DNA of 64,000 nucleotides from Gnetum montanum. Lineage: Eukaryota; Plantae; Gnetophyta. Positions within the stretch are counted from its first letter, which is position 1, and each line of letters begins with the position of its first letter. A program made the position numbers and the translations under genes. The stretch is taken from positions 147,354 to 211,353 of the forward strand of contig MNCI01001967.1 of NCBI GenBank assembly GCA_015680685.1. Reading direction: 5' to 3'. The notes beneath the pieces were generated by a model. That model was given only the letters and a program-made list of their open reading frames with translations. It ran no database searches and was not told the origin of the DNA. Positions 12,807-26,936 of the stretch are shown here, in pieces.

Positions 12807-14693
12807 ACAGTAACTGTTCTTTTTATTCTCAAGCTAAAACAGCGAATGGACCATCTTAACAAAATAAGAGAAACAAGGGTAGATACAATCTATTATATGT
12901 TTTTCCTTTCTATTTGTCCGAACAAAGGACAGGACAGTAATCTATGATTTAGAAAAGAAAAAGAAAAAAGAAAAAAGCAGCAGAAGATAGACTGTACAGA
13001 TAACTATCTAGGAAACAGAAACTTAAATTCACAGCCAAAATAAAAATGTATTGTCTATGTAAATCATGGAATCAATCTTTGTTTCTAAACAAATGGAATA
13101 AGTGAATTATATAAACACAATTCTGAATATAAAGGAGGGAAATTAAATCTCAAATATGCCAAGCTTGATCACCCTGATGGATTAACCTGGTTCCAAACTT
13201 TGAAATCTTCATTATTAAACTTTCCAGCCTCTCCTGTTTTCACATTGAGAGAAATGTAGGCTTGAACAAAGGACCATTCAATAATGGTTTGGGACATGAC
13301 AACTCTCTTGAGAACCCTTTAAAAACTGACCCAAAAATGCTAAGCATAACAGTACATGTGCACTTCACAAAGACACCAAAAATCATCAATATGCATTAAT
13401 TTTTTTTATTTTAAAATGAGTACTCAATGGTCCCTTTAGCCATCCATCTATCACACACCAAGTCCATCCAACCCTATAGCATCTTGTAGCCGATATAAGA
13501 AGAACACTGGGGTTGGATAAAATAGTGGGGGCTAACACCACCAAGCACCTACAAGAACTAAGCCCTTGCGGGGGACATGACACAAGAAATTGCTAACTCA
13601 TAACCTCAAACATGTATACCAAAAATCAGATCAAAGGCACATGGGAGACTCCATGCATGATTCACAACAAATGTGACATTCTCTCATGAAATAATCCTCA
13701 CTTGTTGAAGCCCATACAACTCCAAACACCAACTAAAAATTTTACACAACAAGAGTTTGGAATACACACTTTTAAAGTTGAACTTGACCAATTTTGGAAG
13801 GGAGAAGACACCTCAAGTTTGGGTGGTTGTCCAGCCAAAGCCTCAAGAGTTTAACTTCAAACTACAAGTCCAAGTTGCTGTTACAACTCCCACACGAAAT
13901 CAGAGAAAATTAGTCTTTCAAATCAGCCAAACAGTCCCCAAAAATCAGTCACAAAAATCTTCGGCAGGAACAGCAAAATAACCCTCCCAAGAGCCCACAA
14001 GAACACTCGAAATAGCCCAAGAGATGGCTGAGAACAAGAAGGAATAGCCACTCTCCCTCTCATCTTCTTAACTCATCACGTCAAACTAGGATAGTCTCCT
14101 CTTACTTGGGCAAAAGTGTCTTTGAGAGCAAACCCACTCTTCTATTTATAGGAGGAATGACACCCTAAGGCTTGGAGACAAAAGTCTACTTGTTGAATCC
14201 ATTCGCCTAATATATTTTTTTAAAAATTCATGGCATCTTTGACAATCAAGCTCTCATTCAAAAAAGCCACATGGGAGTGGTTGTGTGAGAAGGACATCAC
14301 TCAAGAGGGTCAAATGGAAGTGGTTGTGTGAGAAAGACATCACTCAAAGGGGTCACATGGGAGTGAAAATGACAACACCAAAGAGAATCACATGGGAATG
14401 AGGCAACACTTAAGAGAATCTCATGCCCCTTATTAAATATGTCCTTTGTCCCTTACCCATTAATATGAAGGACCTTCGTAATGTTTAAAATTTATCTTAT
14501 TTTGCACATCTTCAAAAGTCAAACTTTTTATACATGTTACATAAAACAAGCACAAATGTTATAGCTACTAATGTACAATTAAAAATTATATTTTAATCAA
14601 ACCAACGAACCTATTGGTTTACAAGGCATTATTATTATTATTTAAAAAATGCATAGGATACTAAGGTTACATGTACAAATGTGGGGTACTACA

Positions 14694-17220
14694 AATTGTT
14701 GAAGTCGATTGAAAGATTCTCAACACTTTTTTGTCCAACTGAATTGCTTGTCTTTCCTAAGAAGATGTCAATGGTGCTGCCATCTTTGAGAAATTAAGAA
14801 TGAAGTGCCTATAGTTTCCTGCTAGAGCCAAGAAACTGTGTATTCCTGCACATTCTTCAGAATATTCCATTCTGTTATTGCTGTAATCTTCTTATTATCA
14901 ACTGCTATCCAACTTCCTGACACTAAATGCTCCGAAAATCACACACTTTCTTGCCAAAATGCACATTTGTTTAAGCTTGCATACAATTTATGATCTCTTA
15001 ACATTTGCAAAATAATTCTGAGATGTTGCTCATGTTCCTTATAACTCTTAGAGTAAATTAAAATGTCATCTATGAAGACTATCACAAATGAGTCTAAGTA
15101 TGGCTGAAAAATGTGGTTCATTAGACTCATAAACAAACACCCTTGGAGTATTAGAAAGACCAAAAAGCATCACCGTAAACTCAAAATGTCCATATCTAGT
15201 TCTAAATGTTGTCTTATGGATGCCTTCTTCCTTAATTTGAAGTCGGTGATACCCTGATTTGAGATCTATTTTGGAGAATACTTTGGCTTCCTTCAATTGA
15301 TCAAACAAATCATCTATCCTTGGCAAGGGATATTTGTTCTTGATGGTAACCTTATTCAACTGGCAATAATCAATACATAGCCTTAATGTGCCATCTTTCT
15401 TTTTAACAAATAAAATTGGTGCACTCCATGGAGACACTAGGCCTAATAAAACAGTTTTATAGAAGTTTTTCTAACTGTAACTCTAGTTCTACCATTTCGG
15501 TGGGAGACATCCTATAAGGTGCTAAAGATATAGGTGATGTTCCTAGTATCAAGTCTATAGTGCACTCAATTCCACAATGAGGTGGCATTGCTGGAAATTC
15601 TTTGGCAAAAATATCTTTGTACTCACATACAATAAGAACATCCTCTAAAGAATGTCGATCATCTTCCACAATTATTGTTTTGCAATAAACAATGAAGACT
15701 TGATTATTCTTTTGAAGTTCGCTTTTAATTCGCCTAGCAGCAACCAAGTTTCTTGTAGCTGTCTTAGGTTCCCCTTGAATGTTTATTTCCTGACCATTCA
15801 CCTCTAAAGTAATGGTCCTTTCCTTACAATCAATAATTGCTTTATGTGAACACAACTAGTCCATGCCCAATGCAATGTCAAAGGTTCCTAAATTTATGAC
15901 AGTAGGTTCTAACTCAAACTCTCCCCCACTTAAAAACAATGTACATCCTTGGACCTTTCTATTGACCTTGGCTTTAGACTCATTGGCTAACTCAATGCAC
16001 CCTTCTATTGGCACATAGCTTAAATTTTCATTTGACACCAATCTAGGTGAGATGAAGCAATGAGTGGCACCACAATCAAATAAAATTGATACCTCTTTAC
16101 CGTTTAGTGGACCCTTACCTTCTATGATAGAATTCTGAAATTACACAACTTGGTTTTCGAGTACTGCCCAAAGTCTTCCCATTGGTGGATGAACAGATTC
16201 TGACACATTTGGGTTTTCTTGGCTAGCATGCTTAGACTGATTTTCTGGACAAAACCTCTTCAAATGAGGTCCACCGCATGTGTACCATCTTTGACTTTGA
16301 GTTGATCACATACTAACGCCTTGATTTTTACCTTCCCCTATGGGATAATTACTAGCTTGACTTTGCATGGGGCAGTTCCAATTTCTATTATTTCCTTAGG
16401 TTTGATATTGGCTGAAAGACTAATTACTGTTTCTAAAGCTGTTATGAAAATTCTTGGATTTGCTTTGATGACTTGGCTGCCCATGGTTCTTAAAACTTGG
16501 ACCCTTGGGTGGTAAGGAGGCCATGTGATTAGCTTGAGATTTTTGCTAATTATCCTATGCAATTCTAGCCTTCTCTTCTACCTCCACAAATGTCCCAGGC
16601 TGAAACATTGAGACATTAGCATACAAAGGTGGAATCGAACTCTCCATAAATCAGTTAGCCTTGTCTCTCTCACTTAGGTTCATGTGGGAAACATACTTAA
16701 GGAGTTTCACAAACTTAGCTTCATGGGCACTAACATTGGTGTTAGGAGTTTGCATTAAACTAAAGAACTCTTTCCTCTTGTTATCCAAGTAGAAATGAGT
16801 AATGTATATCTCATTAAATATCCCCATAAATTTATCCCAAGTGAGGCTATGCACATTAACAATTTTTACCACTTCAGTTTGCCAACATAGGTTTGCCTTA
16901 CCTTGTAGCATGTAGATAGCAAGAGCCGCCCTTTTAGTTTTAGAACATCCCAAGGTATTATTAACTTTTTCTATATCACTCAACCATGCATCAACCCTAG
17001 TAGGATCTACTGCTCTTGTAAACTTGGGAGAATTAAGCTTTATGAATGTTGGAATACGGTTTTTTAGACCAGTTAATCCTTGCTCATTTTGATTGCCTAA
17101 AGGTTGGGCTTGATATTGTTGCATTCCTTGAGCCATCATTTGGATAAAAGTAGCCATCATGGTAGCATGTAGGACCCCTGATAACCACCCTCTAAACATC
17201 AATATAAATTTTTTTTCCAA
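14694..17220 (-). pseudogene. Ty3/gypsy (Tekay-like) gag-protease-RT; continuation of 7870-9138
   Basis: gag ORF 16651-17220; protease ILFDCGATHCFIS about 16050-16090; [43 protein letters not shown]. Confidence 0.95.
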
Positions 17221-17486
17221 GCCTCTAAAAACACATGGGATTATACTTACATTAGCAACTAATAAGGATGTGACTCATAATGATGGGATGATTATACTTT
17301 GTCACTTTTCATAATCCTGATAGGATGATAGGATGAGACTTTGTCACTTTCGTAATCCTGATAGGATGATAGGATGAGACTTTGTCACTTTTCATAATCC
17401 TAAGGATTGATGCATCTATTGTATATCATCTATCTTTAGTAGCGTTATGACACCTTAAAAACTATCTTTAGTAGTGTTATGCCACC

Positions 17487-18267
17487 TAATGAGTGGCGAG
17501 GTACCCCTACACTCAACCATACGAATACGAGCGTCTCACGTGCGATCCGGTCGAACTCCAGGGACTAAGTGCTTACACGCCTTAATGGAACACTTAAGGT
17601 TAATCAATTGCTGTCTTCCCAGACTTACTTGTATTGTCACGGTTGTATGGTTAAGTAAGCCTGAGGTGTATGATTTTTATATCTTTTATCGTTTTAACGC
17701 CTATGCTAATAGAGGAAAGGTGAAGAGACTACATGACCAACTTTCATTAACTATTCATTAATCTAAGTTCTAATTATCCTAGCACTAGTATCCGTTCCCA
17801 CTTGCCACACACACCCTAAACTAAGGCAATGCTACTGGGATTACCAAACGCTACTCGTTATTGGGTTACCAAGTGTTACACACGTGCTTGAAGCGGTCGT
17901 ATTGAATGCACTTAACTAGGAGAGTCAAGGGTTGAGAGAGATTAATTATCTAGGAAAGCATTTAAACATTTAACAATAATTAAATCCTATTTAGCTTAAT
18001 CCATATGCTGCAAGGTTTATCAGAAAGGTCATCTTTATTGCCGTACACAAATGTGTGCTCAGGTACAATTTGCTCGAATAAAGATCCGTTCACTTTGAGA
18101 CTCCTACTGTGGGCACATGGAAATTATTCTAACTCTAGAATGGTAAAACTGCTATAGTTTGGCTAAGGGTCTAGATCTAGATGATTGAACAAGGGAAAGT
18201 CACCTCTTGTTTATAGACATGACGGCGGGCTGCGATATCGCAGTTGATGTGATATCGTGGCTCATCA
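17487..18267 (-). mobile_element. Athila-type solo LTR
   Basis: Ends TAATGAG...CTCATCA; TSD CCACC (17482-17486, 18268-18272); homologous to 35560-35986 and to the ends of the LTRs at 51830 and 59216. Confidence 0.92.
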
Positions 18268-18272
18268 CCACC

Positions 18273-19900
18273 TTAAAAACTAGCTTTGTTCAAGGTGATT
18301 GCTAACACTGTGTATCACTTGCTAAGCTAGAAAACATCAAACATTTGTGTAACTCACTTGTTTCAAGTTTTATTTTACAAGTAGCAGCAACGGATGTGGT
18401 TGGATGTACTCCTAGTCCTCCACTATATATCCACCATACGAGATCATTTAATCTATAATAGGCTACAAACAATGGTTGGGAATGAAAAATGTATAGGTTT
18501 CAACAACTTTGCCCTTGCAATGTGGCATTGCATTCCCACATTGAGGGCCATCCAACTTGAAGAATTTGGTCACTATTTGGCCATGAGTTGGGTTATCTTC
18601 GAGTTCTAAACTACACAAACAAGGCTTGGCTCAACCATCGTTTTTCGACTACACCTCAATATACCCTCAAGATAGGTGACAAGGGATCATACGTGAGGTG
18701 GTCACACACATATGATTGGTGCTTGCATAATTGAAAACCTTCAGGTGTTGTGCAGCTCAACCCCCTTGGGTCCAATGGCTCAGGATATTAAGTCGAAGTA
18801 AGCATGTGTACAGGTAGGATTGGATAGTGGTGCTTATCTCCACATCTAGGGTAGGATGTGTGCAAAATAAATAAACAATGCAACCCATCCATTCAAGATA
18901 CGGGGATGAATATATTATTGTTAGAATGATCAGTTAATGATCCTTAAAAATACTACATGCTTCACACAATGCACACCAATCAAATGCATCATCCACCTAA
19001 TTACAAACTGTGCCTTTAGCTGAATTGCTTATCCTAGGATCCAAAGGGCTTCTAATCATAATTCATGCGGGTTCATTTTACGTAATGCAAATAAACATTC
19101 ATAAATACACATATATTTTCTTTCTTTTCTTTGCACAAATAAAAGGATATAATTACTAATGAATAAATGGGGTTATCATATTGAAGTAAAAATAAATAAA
19201 CAATATGGACATTGCACATGCGGGTTCATTTTACGTAATGCAAATAAACATTCATAAATACACATATATTTTCTTTCTTTTCTTTGCACAAATAAAAGGA
19301 TATAATTACTAATGAATAAATGGGGTTATCATATTGAAGTAAAAATAAATAAACAATATGGACATTGCATGAAAGGAAAATCTAATTATCACTTGATAAA
19401 ATAATTTGAAATCTATGTCAGCTTTGGAAACATTAGATTGGTTTGTCTTTCACATAAGTTAAGGATTTGGACTCACTTAGCAACTTACATAGTCAGGTTG
19501 AATTACTTGGAGCTTTGCATTGAGATCCTCTATCAGCTTCAAAGGTTCTTTTCCGTTGGCATCCAATTTATGATCGTCATTGTAAACCTTTTGTTTTCTT
19601 TCTTCAACGTTAGGCATCCCAAACTTAACAAACAAAATCTGAAAGTAGGGCTTGAATTTTTGGCAAACAACTCTGATTTTAGCAGAAAATGAGGGTCTAT
19701 GGCAAAATCTGAAATTCTAGTTATCAATAGAAGTGGAATTTCACAGTGTTCTCTTTCAGCCTAAGGCAACTTCAGTCTTTGCAATTTCTCTAAGTGTGAA
19801 GGCTGAAACGTGTAGAGTTTAGGCACAACATTTTCTAACAAACTTTGCTTTTGTTTCACATGTGTACACTCCCTACCAAGACCTAATAGTTTTGAAAGAC
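18273..19900 (-). mobile_element. LTR/leader remnant of the Tekay-like element
   Basis: Colinear homology with 9550-10335 and 12262-12610; upstream of gag; no clear PBS seen. Confidence 0.65.
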
Positions 19901-19939
19901 TTCATAACTTGACAGTGATACTAAGTACTGTGTATGCTT

Positions 19940-21335
19940 GAGCTGGGGGAGGAGAACCCCTATAGACACAAGAGTAACAAAAACATAATCCGAAACCTCC
20001 CAATAGGCAAAATTTGCATTAAAGAGGGTGTTGGACCTCCTAAACAATATAGGCCCATCACTGGCCCCTTTTGAGCACTACATTCAAAACCATACACCAG
20101 AAACTGTACTTCCCTTATTGGGAACCTTGCTTGGTCATGAGAAAACAAGTCATCCAGTAGACTATTGTATCTTGGTGCAAGGGTAGATTGCCCTTGCTTG
20201 GCTATGTATTCCATCAAGGACTACCCAAAAACGTTGTATCTTGGTGCAAGGGTAGATTGCCCTTGCTTGGCTATGTATTCCATCAAGGACTACCCAAAAA
20301 CGTTTCGTAGTGATGAAAGCGATAGCCTCCTATAATTCCTTGTACTTTGCTTTGATTGTTTGTTGGGCATCTACCATGGTAGCCTTCTCCAAGTGGAATT
20401 TAGCTGAGGTCTTCTTGATGTATCATTGCATGTTAGCCCATGAGACGTTCTAGTTCATGCCCATAACCTCATAAGGGCACCGGCCCATGCAAAACCAATG
20501 TCTAGTGTTGGCCTCGTGTGTAGCCAGTTGACCCTGCTGGATCTACTCCTCCTCTAGGAGGGCCCAAATGCGCTGCTCTTCCTCCTCTTCTCAGAAGACC
20601 TATTTTTTTTCTTTCTGGTGCAAATCCTTCTTGATCTATGCTCTTAGCTCATCCTCTAGGGTGCTTCTAAACATAGCCTCCTGCAACTCTATTTGGCACC
20701 GTTCCTCCAAGGCCACTTCTCTCAGTTACTGCTTAGCTTCCTGGTATCTATGCCTAGTCTCCTCATGTATTCTCATCTCCTCCTCCCAATGTGCTAGCTT
20801 CTGGGCCCTCGCATTTGCAATGGCCAGAAGTAGATCAGCCTCAAATTGGCTTTGAAGCTCTCGATGCACCTGTTTCTTTGCAAACTAGATTTGCTCATGG
20901 AGAGGTAGTCGATGCATGGTGGAACCTTGCCAGTCAGGATCCTCCTTGCCCTCCACCTGCATCTCCCTTTCTGAATGCTCCTCCAGCACAACCTTGGTCG
21001 AGGAGGAGGATTCACCCTTGAAAGATGGTCAGTGGTGGATATACACCCTCCTAACCTGGAGGAGTTTGGCCAGTAGTGGTTGTTGTGGTTGTGCCACATT
21101 CCTGAGTGCCAAAATCAAGCAAGAATGCCACCCTCTCCTCTCTCACCAGAGTGAAGCTAGAAAATATTTCGGAAGGTTAGGCAATTGGTCAAACTACATG
21201 TGCCAAAGGAAGGCAAAGTGTGCACCCTGGAGTTTCCACATATTTCCAGATTGCACAAAGAAACATTCAATTAGCTTTGTAGCATCTTGTGAAAGGGAGG
21301 GAGGGATGACTTTGGGACCTGCCGGTTGCCGATCA
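19940..21335 (-). mobile_element. L1 3' fragment, copy C: conserved block, coiled coil, J-domain, 3' UTR
   Basis: Homologous to bases 1-70 (QDATKLIECFFVQSGNMWKL) and to 11440-12260; encodes CPYEVMGMN*NVSWANMQ*YIKKTSAKFHLEK..KYKEL*EAIAFI. Confidence 0.85.
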
Positions 21336-24300
21336 TAATTATGCTCTTGTGATGCTTTTGCTAACACTATGTATGTAGTATGGTCTCTTCTGATCATCAA
21401 GTTGTGTTAGTACTGCACCAAGGGCATAGTTGGAAGCATTAGTCATGATATGAAAAGGTCTTGATCAATCTAGAGCTTTGAATGCCTTTTCACATGACTT
21501 AATCCCCTTGAAGGGTGCATCCTTCTTTGTGACTTCTACAAGCAATTTAGCTATCTTTGAAAAGTTTTCAATAAATCTCCTATAGTATCCTATATGGCCT
21601 AAAAAGGATCTTACATCTTTCATTGTCTATGGCCATTGAGTGATGTTTTGGATGACTTTGATCTTTTCAGGACCTACCTCAATACCCTTATGGGAGATTT
21701 TGTCTCCCAACACTATGCCTTCTTGGACCATAAGATGGCTCTTTTGCCATTTGAGCTTGTTTGAAATCTAGCCCGTATGTGGAAAAATCATCCATAAAAA
21801 CTTCAACACCATTACCTATTTGCTTCTAGAAGATACTTAAGACCAGTCTCTAGAAGGTTGCTAGTGTGTTGCAAAGATCAAAAGACATCTATTTGTAAGC
21901 AAATGTTCCCCATGGATTGGTGAACAGCCTTTTCTTGGTCTCCAGGTGCAATATGGATTTGATTGTATCCATTGTACCCATCCAAAAAAACTGTAATACT
22001 CATGGCTTAAAATTGTGTCCAAGACTTGATTAACAAATGGGAAGGGCAAATGATCCTTGAATGTAGTTGAGTTCAACATTCGAAAGTTGATGCAGATGTG
22101 CCATTTGCCTCCCTTCTTTGGAACCATCACCGAAGGATTGACCCATTCACTATCTGCAATGGGATAGATGAATCTTGCCTTTATTAACTTTTCCAATTCT
22201 TGCTTGACTACCTCCTTGAGTTTAGGATTAAGCCTTTGTTGAGCTTGGCATTTTGGTTTGACTGCAAGATCAGTGTAGATCCGGTGTTGACAAATTCGTG
22301 GATCAATTCCCGTGATCTCATCAAAAGACCATGCAAACGTTGTAGGCCATCTGTTGAGCACTTCAAGTTTTTTTTCTTTTTTTTTTCTTCTTTTTTGGCT
22401 CTTTGTCTAGGTCGACGTTGATAATCACCAGCTTCGTAGTATTTAGGAATGCATACACTAATGTTGTCGATAGGGCTTTCAATTCTAGCGATTTTGGTTC
22501 CATTGTATCTAGGATCTCCAAGTATCCCCAGTTTGTGTCTTCTTCCTGATTGTTTTGAGGATAAGAGTGTCTTTTCCTTAGCTTTCCTTAGCTGTTCCAA
22601 CTTATCTATTTCTGCAAGGTAGGTAATAATAATTTGTTCCTCTGCTTCCATGTACTTGTCAAACTGAGTTTCTTCACTTGTAATCAACCACTAGGTGCCC
22701 TCTTGTTGGATGGTTGTTGCATACAGACAATTTTGCATACATCTTGTTTCAACACATCTATTGCATATTTTAGTCTCCTCTCTTTTGATAGCCCAAATTT
22801 TTTTCACGCAATTGCACCCGTTATCATTGTATGCGATACATGGAACTCTTTGTCTTTGTATGATTCCAACCTCATTTTCCTTGGAAATATTCAAGGACAA
22901 ATCACAGATTCCAAGCTTAGCATCCATGGTGCTAAGCCAAGCTCTTCCCATGATAATCGGGAATTCTCCCTTGTTTTTCCCCACGTGAATGACTAGAAAA
23001 TTAGCAGGGTAAGACCAGCCACTAATCGTAGTAATGACATCATCCACTTGTCCAAGTGGAACTATAATTGACTAGTCTGCAAGCTCTAAGTGAATGTTAC
23101 TTTTCTTTAGTGGTGGTAAGTTCCAAGTATGATACATGTCTTGAGATATCAGGTTCACTCCAAACCTAGAATCCAATAGAGCCTTGCATGGTTTTTGTCC
23201 TAATATTTGGAGATAAACCAAGTGATTTCCTAGATCAATTCTCTTTTGTGGAAGAGCCCCTACCTTTATCCAATGAGTTATGGTCTGAGTGAGCATGATA
23301 GTTGTGACATTTGAACTTGGTGAAGTCGAAAGCTTGTTGCGTTGAGAAGGACTTGATGTAGATGGGGTGGAATTAGATGTGTTCCTCATCCCATGAGTCT
23401 TTTCAGGACTCATTCTGAAGAATGGTCATTTCCTAGGTTGAAACTCATAGGTGACCATCTCCTCATGCATATTAACTGCCTTTAAAGCATTCTGCTGGGG
23501 TTGTGATGGCAATTCCCCCTGCATAATAGGAGGTGGCATTGGTGGCAAGGGATTTAGGTGTTGGGTAGAATGACCAATTGTCTGCAAATGTACATATGAG
23601 TTGGGATTAGTCCTCAGTGACATTGATCTGTGGTATTTTAGTGGATAATACTATGGAGTCTGGACAATTGTGTTTGCTGGTGAGATTGGATGTTGAACAT
23701 AGTATCCATAAGGATCAAGTCGTTGATATTGGTGGTGGCATGGTCCATGTCTACAGTTGCTACCACTACTGCTAATATTGCTCTTACGGTTGAGGGTAGG
23801 CTCCGCTCGGGTAATAGGTTGGCTGGAAATGTTGCCTAATATTACCTTGAGGATAAGGAAGTCTTCTAGGTTATTGCTTTTTGACGAAGCTTGGATTGAG
23901 TCTGTATACTCTAGATTCTTGCAAGTGGGCCATAAGAGGACAACATTTCGTAGGATGGTCATACTGGCACACCTTGCCTCCTTCCTCTGAACTAGAGTCA
24001 GTGTACCCTTCAACGCTAGCAACTTTTCTTTTTATCTTGTAATTGTCTCATCCATAATTTCTTTTCTTATTCTTTTCCTTGTCATTGTTGAGTGCTTGTT
24101 TAGTCTTTTCCTCCATAATTTTTAGGACTATAGCAAATTTTTAGGACCTTAGCTGCTATATCATTCACTGATTTTTGAGTAGGTAGAGTCTTTTGCTGAA
24201 TGACCTGATCCAAGGTTTCCCTCTTGTGTATCGTAGACTCGTGCATCTCTCTTTCGGATTGATGAATCTCTATTGTACTCTTCAATTGATTTCTTCTTTT

Positions 24301-26755
24301 GTAGCTCACCTTCCTCTCTTGCCACTTGCTCAATTAGTTTTTGAATGTGATGGGTAGTCATTTCTGATAATTTTCCTTGGGTGTAAACCCCAAAGGTCTC
24401 TCTAGTTTTGCTCTACAACTCATCTACAATATGCCTGAGTTGTTCCTTTGATGAAAATTCATGGCTTGGGCACCTATGTTATAGTGAATAGTATTTGCCC
24501 ATTACTGCATCAAGGGTCTAATGAGTCCCTTGCTTCCATCCTTGGATTTGTTTTCTTAAATTTGACACCCATGAATAGGTCTAATACTTGTTGTTAAAGA
24601 TTTCAAGCATGGTACTCCAACGTTTGAGGGATTTAGGTTCTAGTGACCTATACTAGCTTTTCGCTTCCTTCACAAGTGTTCTTAGAAACAGCTTCAACTT
24701 TTGCCAATCACTTTCTATGTTTTGGAGGGCATAGGCATCGTGGAAAGCTTGAAGGTGATGCTATGGATCATCATTGTAGCCACCTTCAAATTTTGACATA
24801 TTGTTCATGTCTAGCCATTTGATTCAGCTATCCCTCACGTGCCTAGTTGGTATGTAAACAACTTCTTGGATATTTATCATACTTTGGGTTGCTATAAGGG
24901 GTTCATCATCATGGTCAAGTTCGTATGCTCCGTTGTAGCGGTGACCCCTTCTGTGCTTATATCTTTCTTAATCCTCTCTTCACTCTCTTCGTCTCCTTCA
25001 TTCATGTTCTTCATCTTTTGTATCCGAGTGTCATGAATATTGGTCATGATGGACATGAGCCCTCCTTTCTTCCCTATCATAGTCTCGATACTTGTGTCAT
25101 CTCTTGTTAGAGTCCTCCAATGATCGTGATGAGGCCAATGAGGTAGCAGGAGAACGGTGCTGGCTTGTTCTCCTTTCATGACTCTTGTATGCTTCTCTGT
25201 AGGATTTAGCATGAACCGTTGACCATATACCTTGAGTCAATAGCCTACCCCTTAGGTGTCTCTACTAGAGTGGAATGAAGTTGGGCTTTGATAGGTTCCT
25301 CAAGTGTAATGATAGGTGTTTTTTAAGGCTCCTCATGGTTTTGGTGGAGTTGTTTTGAAATGAATGCATTAGCATCAAGCTCTTCCAAGACAACAAAAGT
25401 ATTGGTCTGCTTCCCTTTGTTGTGTACATGTTTGATTTCCATGGCAGCATCTCTCCTCATTTGCTCCTTCGTGGGTTCGTAGGGTCTTGTCATGTGCTAA
25501 GTCACATGATACCTCTCATGGATTTGGTCCAAATGCATTCCCCTTAGGCCAATTTGTAGCATGTTAAGTGTTGCATGTTCTAGGGGCTGGAGCATGTTGG
25601 CTTGCATGTCCCTCCACCTCATTTGATTGTCCTGATGAATGATGAAAGTGAAGTCTGGATAGTAAGGATCAATGTGAGCATAAGTGATTCTTGTCTGCAT
25701 TGGCATCTCCCATTAATCATTGTCACTGCTTCTTCTTGTTTCCTTGGTAGGTGATGGTTGATCTTTGTTTGAAGCCATATTATATTTTTAGACGTTATGT
25801 GTTAAGTGTGCTTTTCTTATGGTTATAAGGTTTGACTTTATGTTTCAGATACAACGAACTTTGGAAAATCAATTATTAAGCATATATTGACGTGTCCTTG
25901 GCAACAATGCCAATGATGAGCGGTGGAGTAATACAAGTGTTTACATGTAGCTTGGTCGAATTCCGTGGACAAGGCAATGTAGTTATGCTAATAATTGGTT
26001 TGAGTTCCTAACCATTGTCTTCCCACATGAGCTAGTAAAATCAATGCATATGGTTTAACTCACAATGAGGTGTATGATAACTGATGTTGCTTTGGCCATT
26101 TTACTCTTAGTAAACATCAGGTAAATAGAAGTGGTTTTTAAGTCTAAGTAAACAACAAATGAATCTAGTCTAGCCTAGGCAATGGACATCCGTTCTTGAT
26201 TCTCCGCACACATCTTGGACTTGTGTAATCGTTATTGGAATTACAAGTATTTCACTACCGGGTTATGAAACAATCACACTTAACACTCGGAATTAGTCGC
26301 ATCCATTCTGCTTAATAGTAATAGTAAAGTGCATAGAAAGTAAAAAGTAACCAAGGAAATAGTAAATGTTATACTAGGTCAAAATAGTAAACTTTATTCT
26401 AAGTAAGCAATAAAGAAATCTAAGTGATGCTACACTGATGCAAAGTAATCTCGATCTTTATTTCTGGTCTTGAAACGTGTCCAGGGTACATTCCACTCAA
26501 ATAAAGACTCCGTTCAATCACTTAACATCACACTGCAGGCATACACTCCTAAGTGAGGAGTGCTAAGTGCTAAAATTGAGAAAACTAACAGACAGAATTT
26601 CGCTAAGTTGGAATGAAAACTGTGTGTGGACTGTGCATCTAAGTGTCGTATTTATAGGTCTGCACGTGTCCACGATGTTGGGTATCCAACACTGTAGCTT
26701 GTGCCCCAATATCGTAGCTCCAATATCCTAGCCTTGCAAAAAATTCGATTTATCA
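21336..26755 (-). mobile_element. 3'-truncated Athila-type Ty3/gypsy element (5' LTR, PBS, gag, protease, RT, part of RNase H)
   Basis: LTR 25914-26755 (TGATGAG..TATCA on +); gag 23.4-25.7 kb; protease ALLDSRFGVNLIS; RT IYPIADSEWVNPSVMVPKKGG..KDHLPFPFVNQVLD. Confidence 0.9.
25895..25912 (-). promoter_or_regulatory. tRNA-Asp-type primer binding site (decayed)
   Basis: Minus strand TGGCATTGTTGCCAAGGA next to the LTR, versus Athila-type TGGCGCCGTTGCCGGGGA. Confidence 0.75.
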
Positions 26756-26936
26756 GTGCCCCTGTACATAATTTTTTAAGTTAATTTATCTTGATATTTT
26801 CTCAAAAATAAAAGAAAATAGTTGATTCATCAATTCTTAAAGTTGTATCGTCAATGTAACATTTTATTATTGCTGACTTCAATGTTCTCACTCTTCTAAA
26901 ATTCCTCGTTACATTCTTCTCAATGATCAATTTGTC

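Larger units (their letters stand above)
9139..14693 (-). mobile_element. Probable solo LTR inserted in the Ty3 pol gene; contains L1 copy B
   Basis: Termini TGTAGCACCCC...GGGGTACTACA; 5-bp TSD AATTG (9134-9138, 14694-14698); removal restores [17 protein letters not shown]; homologous to 18.3-19.7 kb; minus-strand TATA near 14143-14152. Confidence 0.85.

Noticed and set aside
13185-13240. Possible captured exon (minus strand, GEAGKFNNEDFKVWNQ between AG and GT) inside the solo LTR
   Set aside because: Too short to distinguish from chance without a search.
19940-21335. Coiled-coil region as the env-like ORF of the adjacent Athila element
   Set aside because: It is homologous to L1 copies A and B and abuts a broken RNase H at about 21335.
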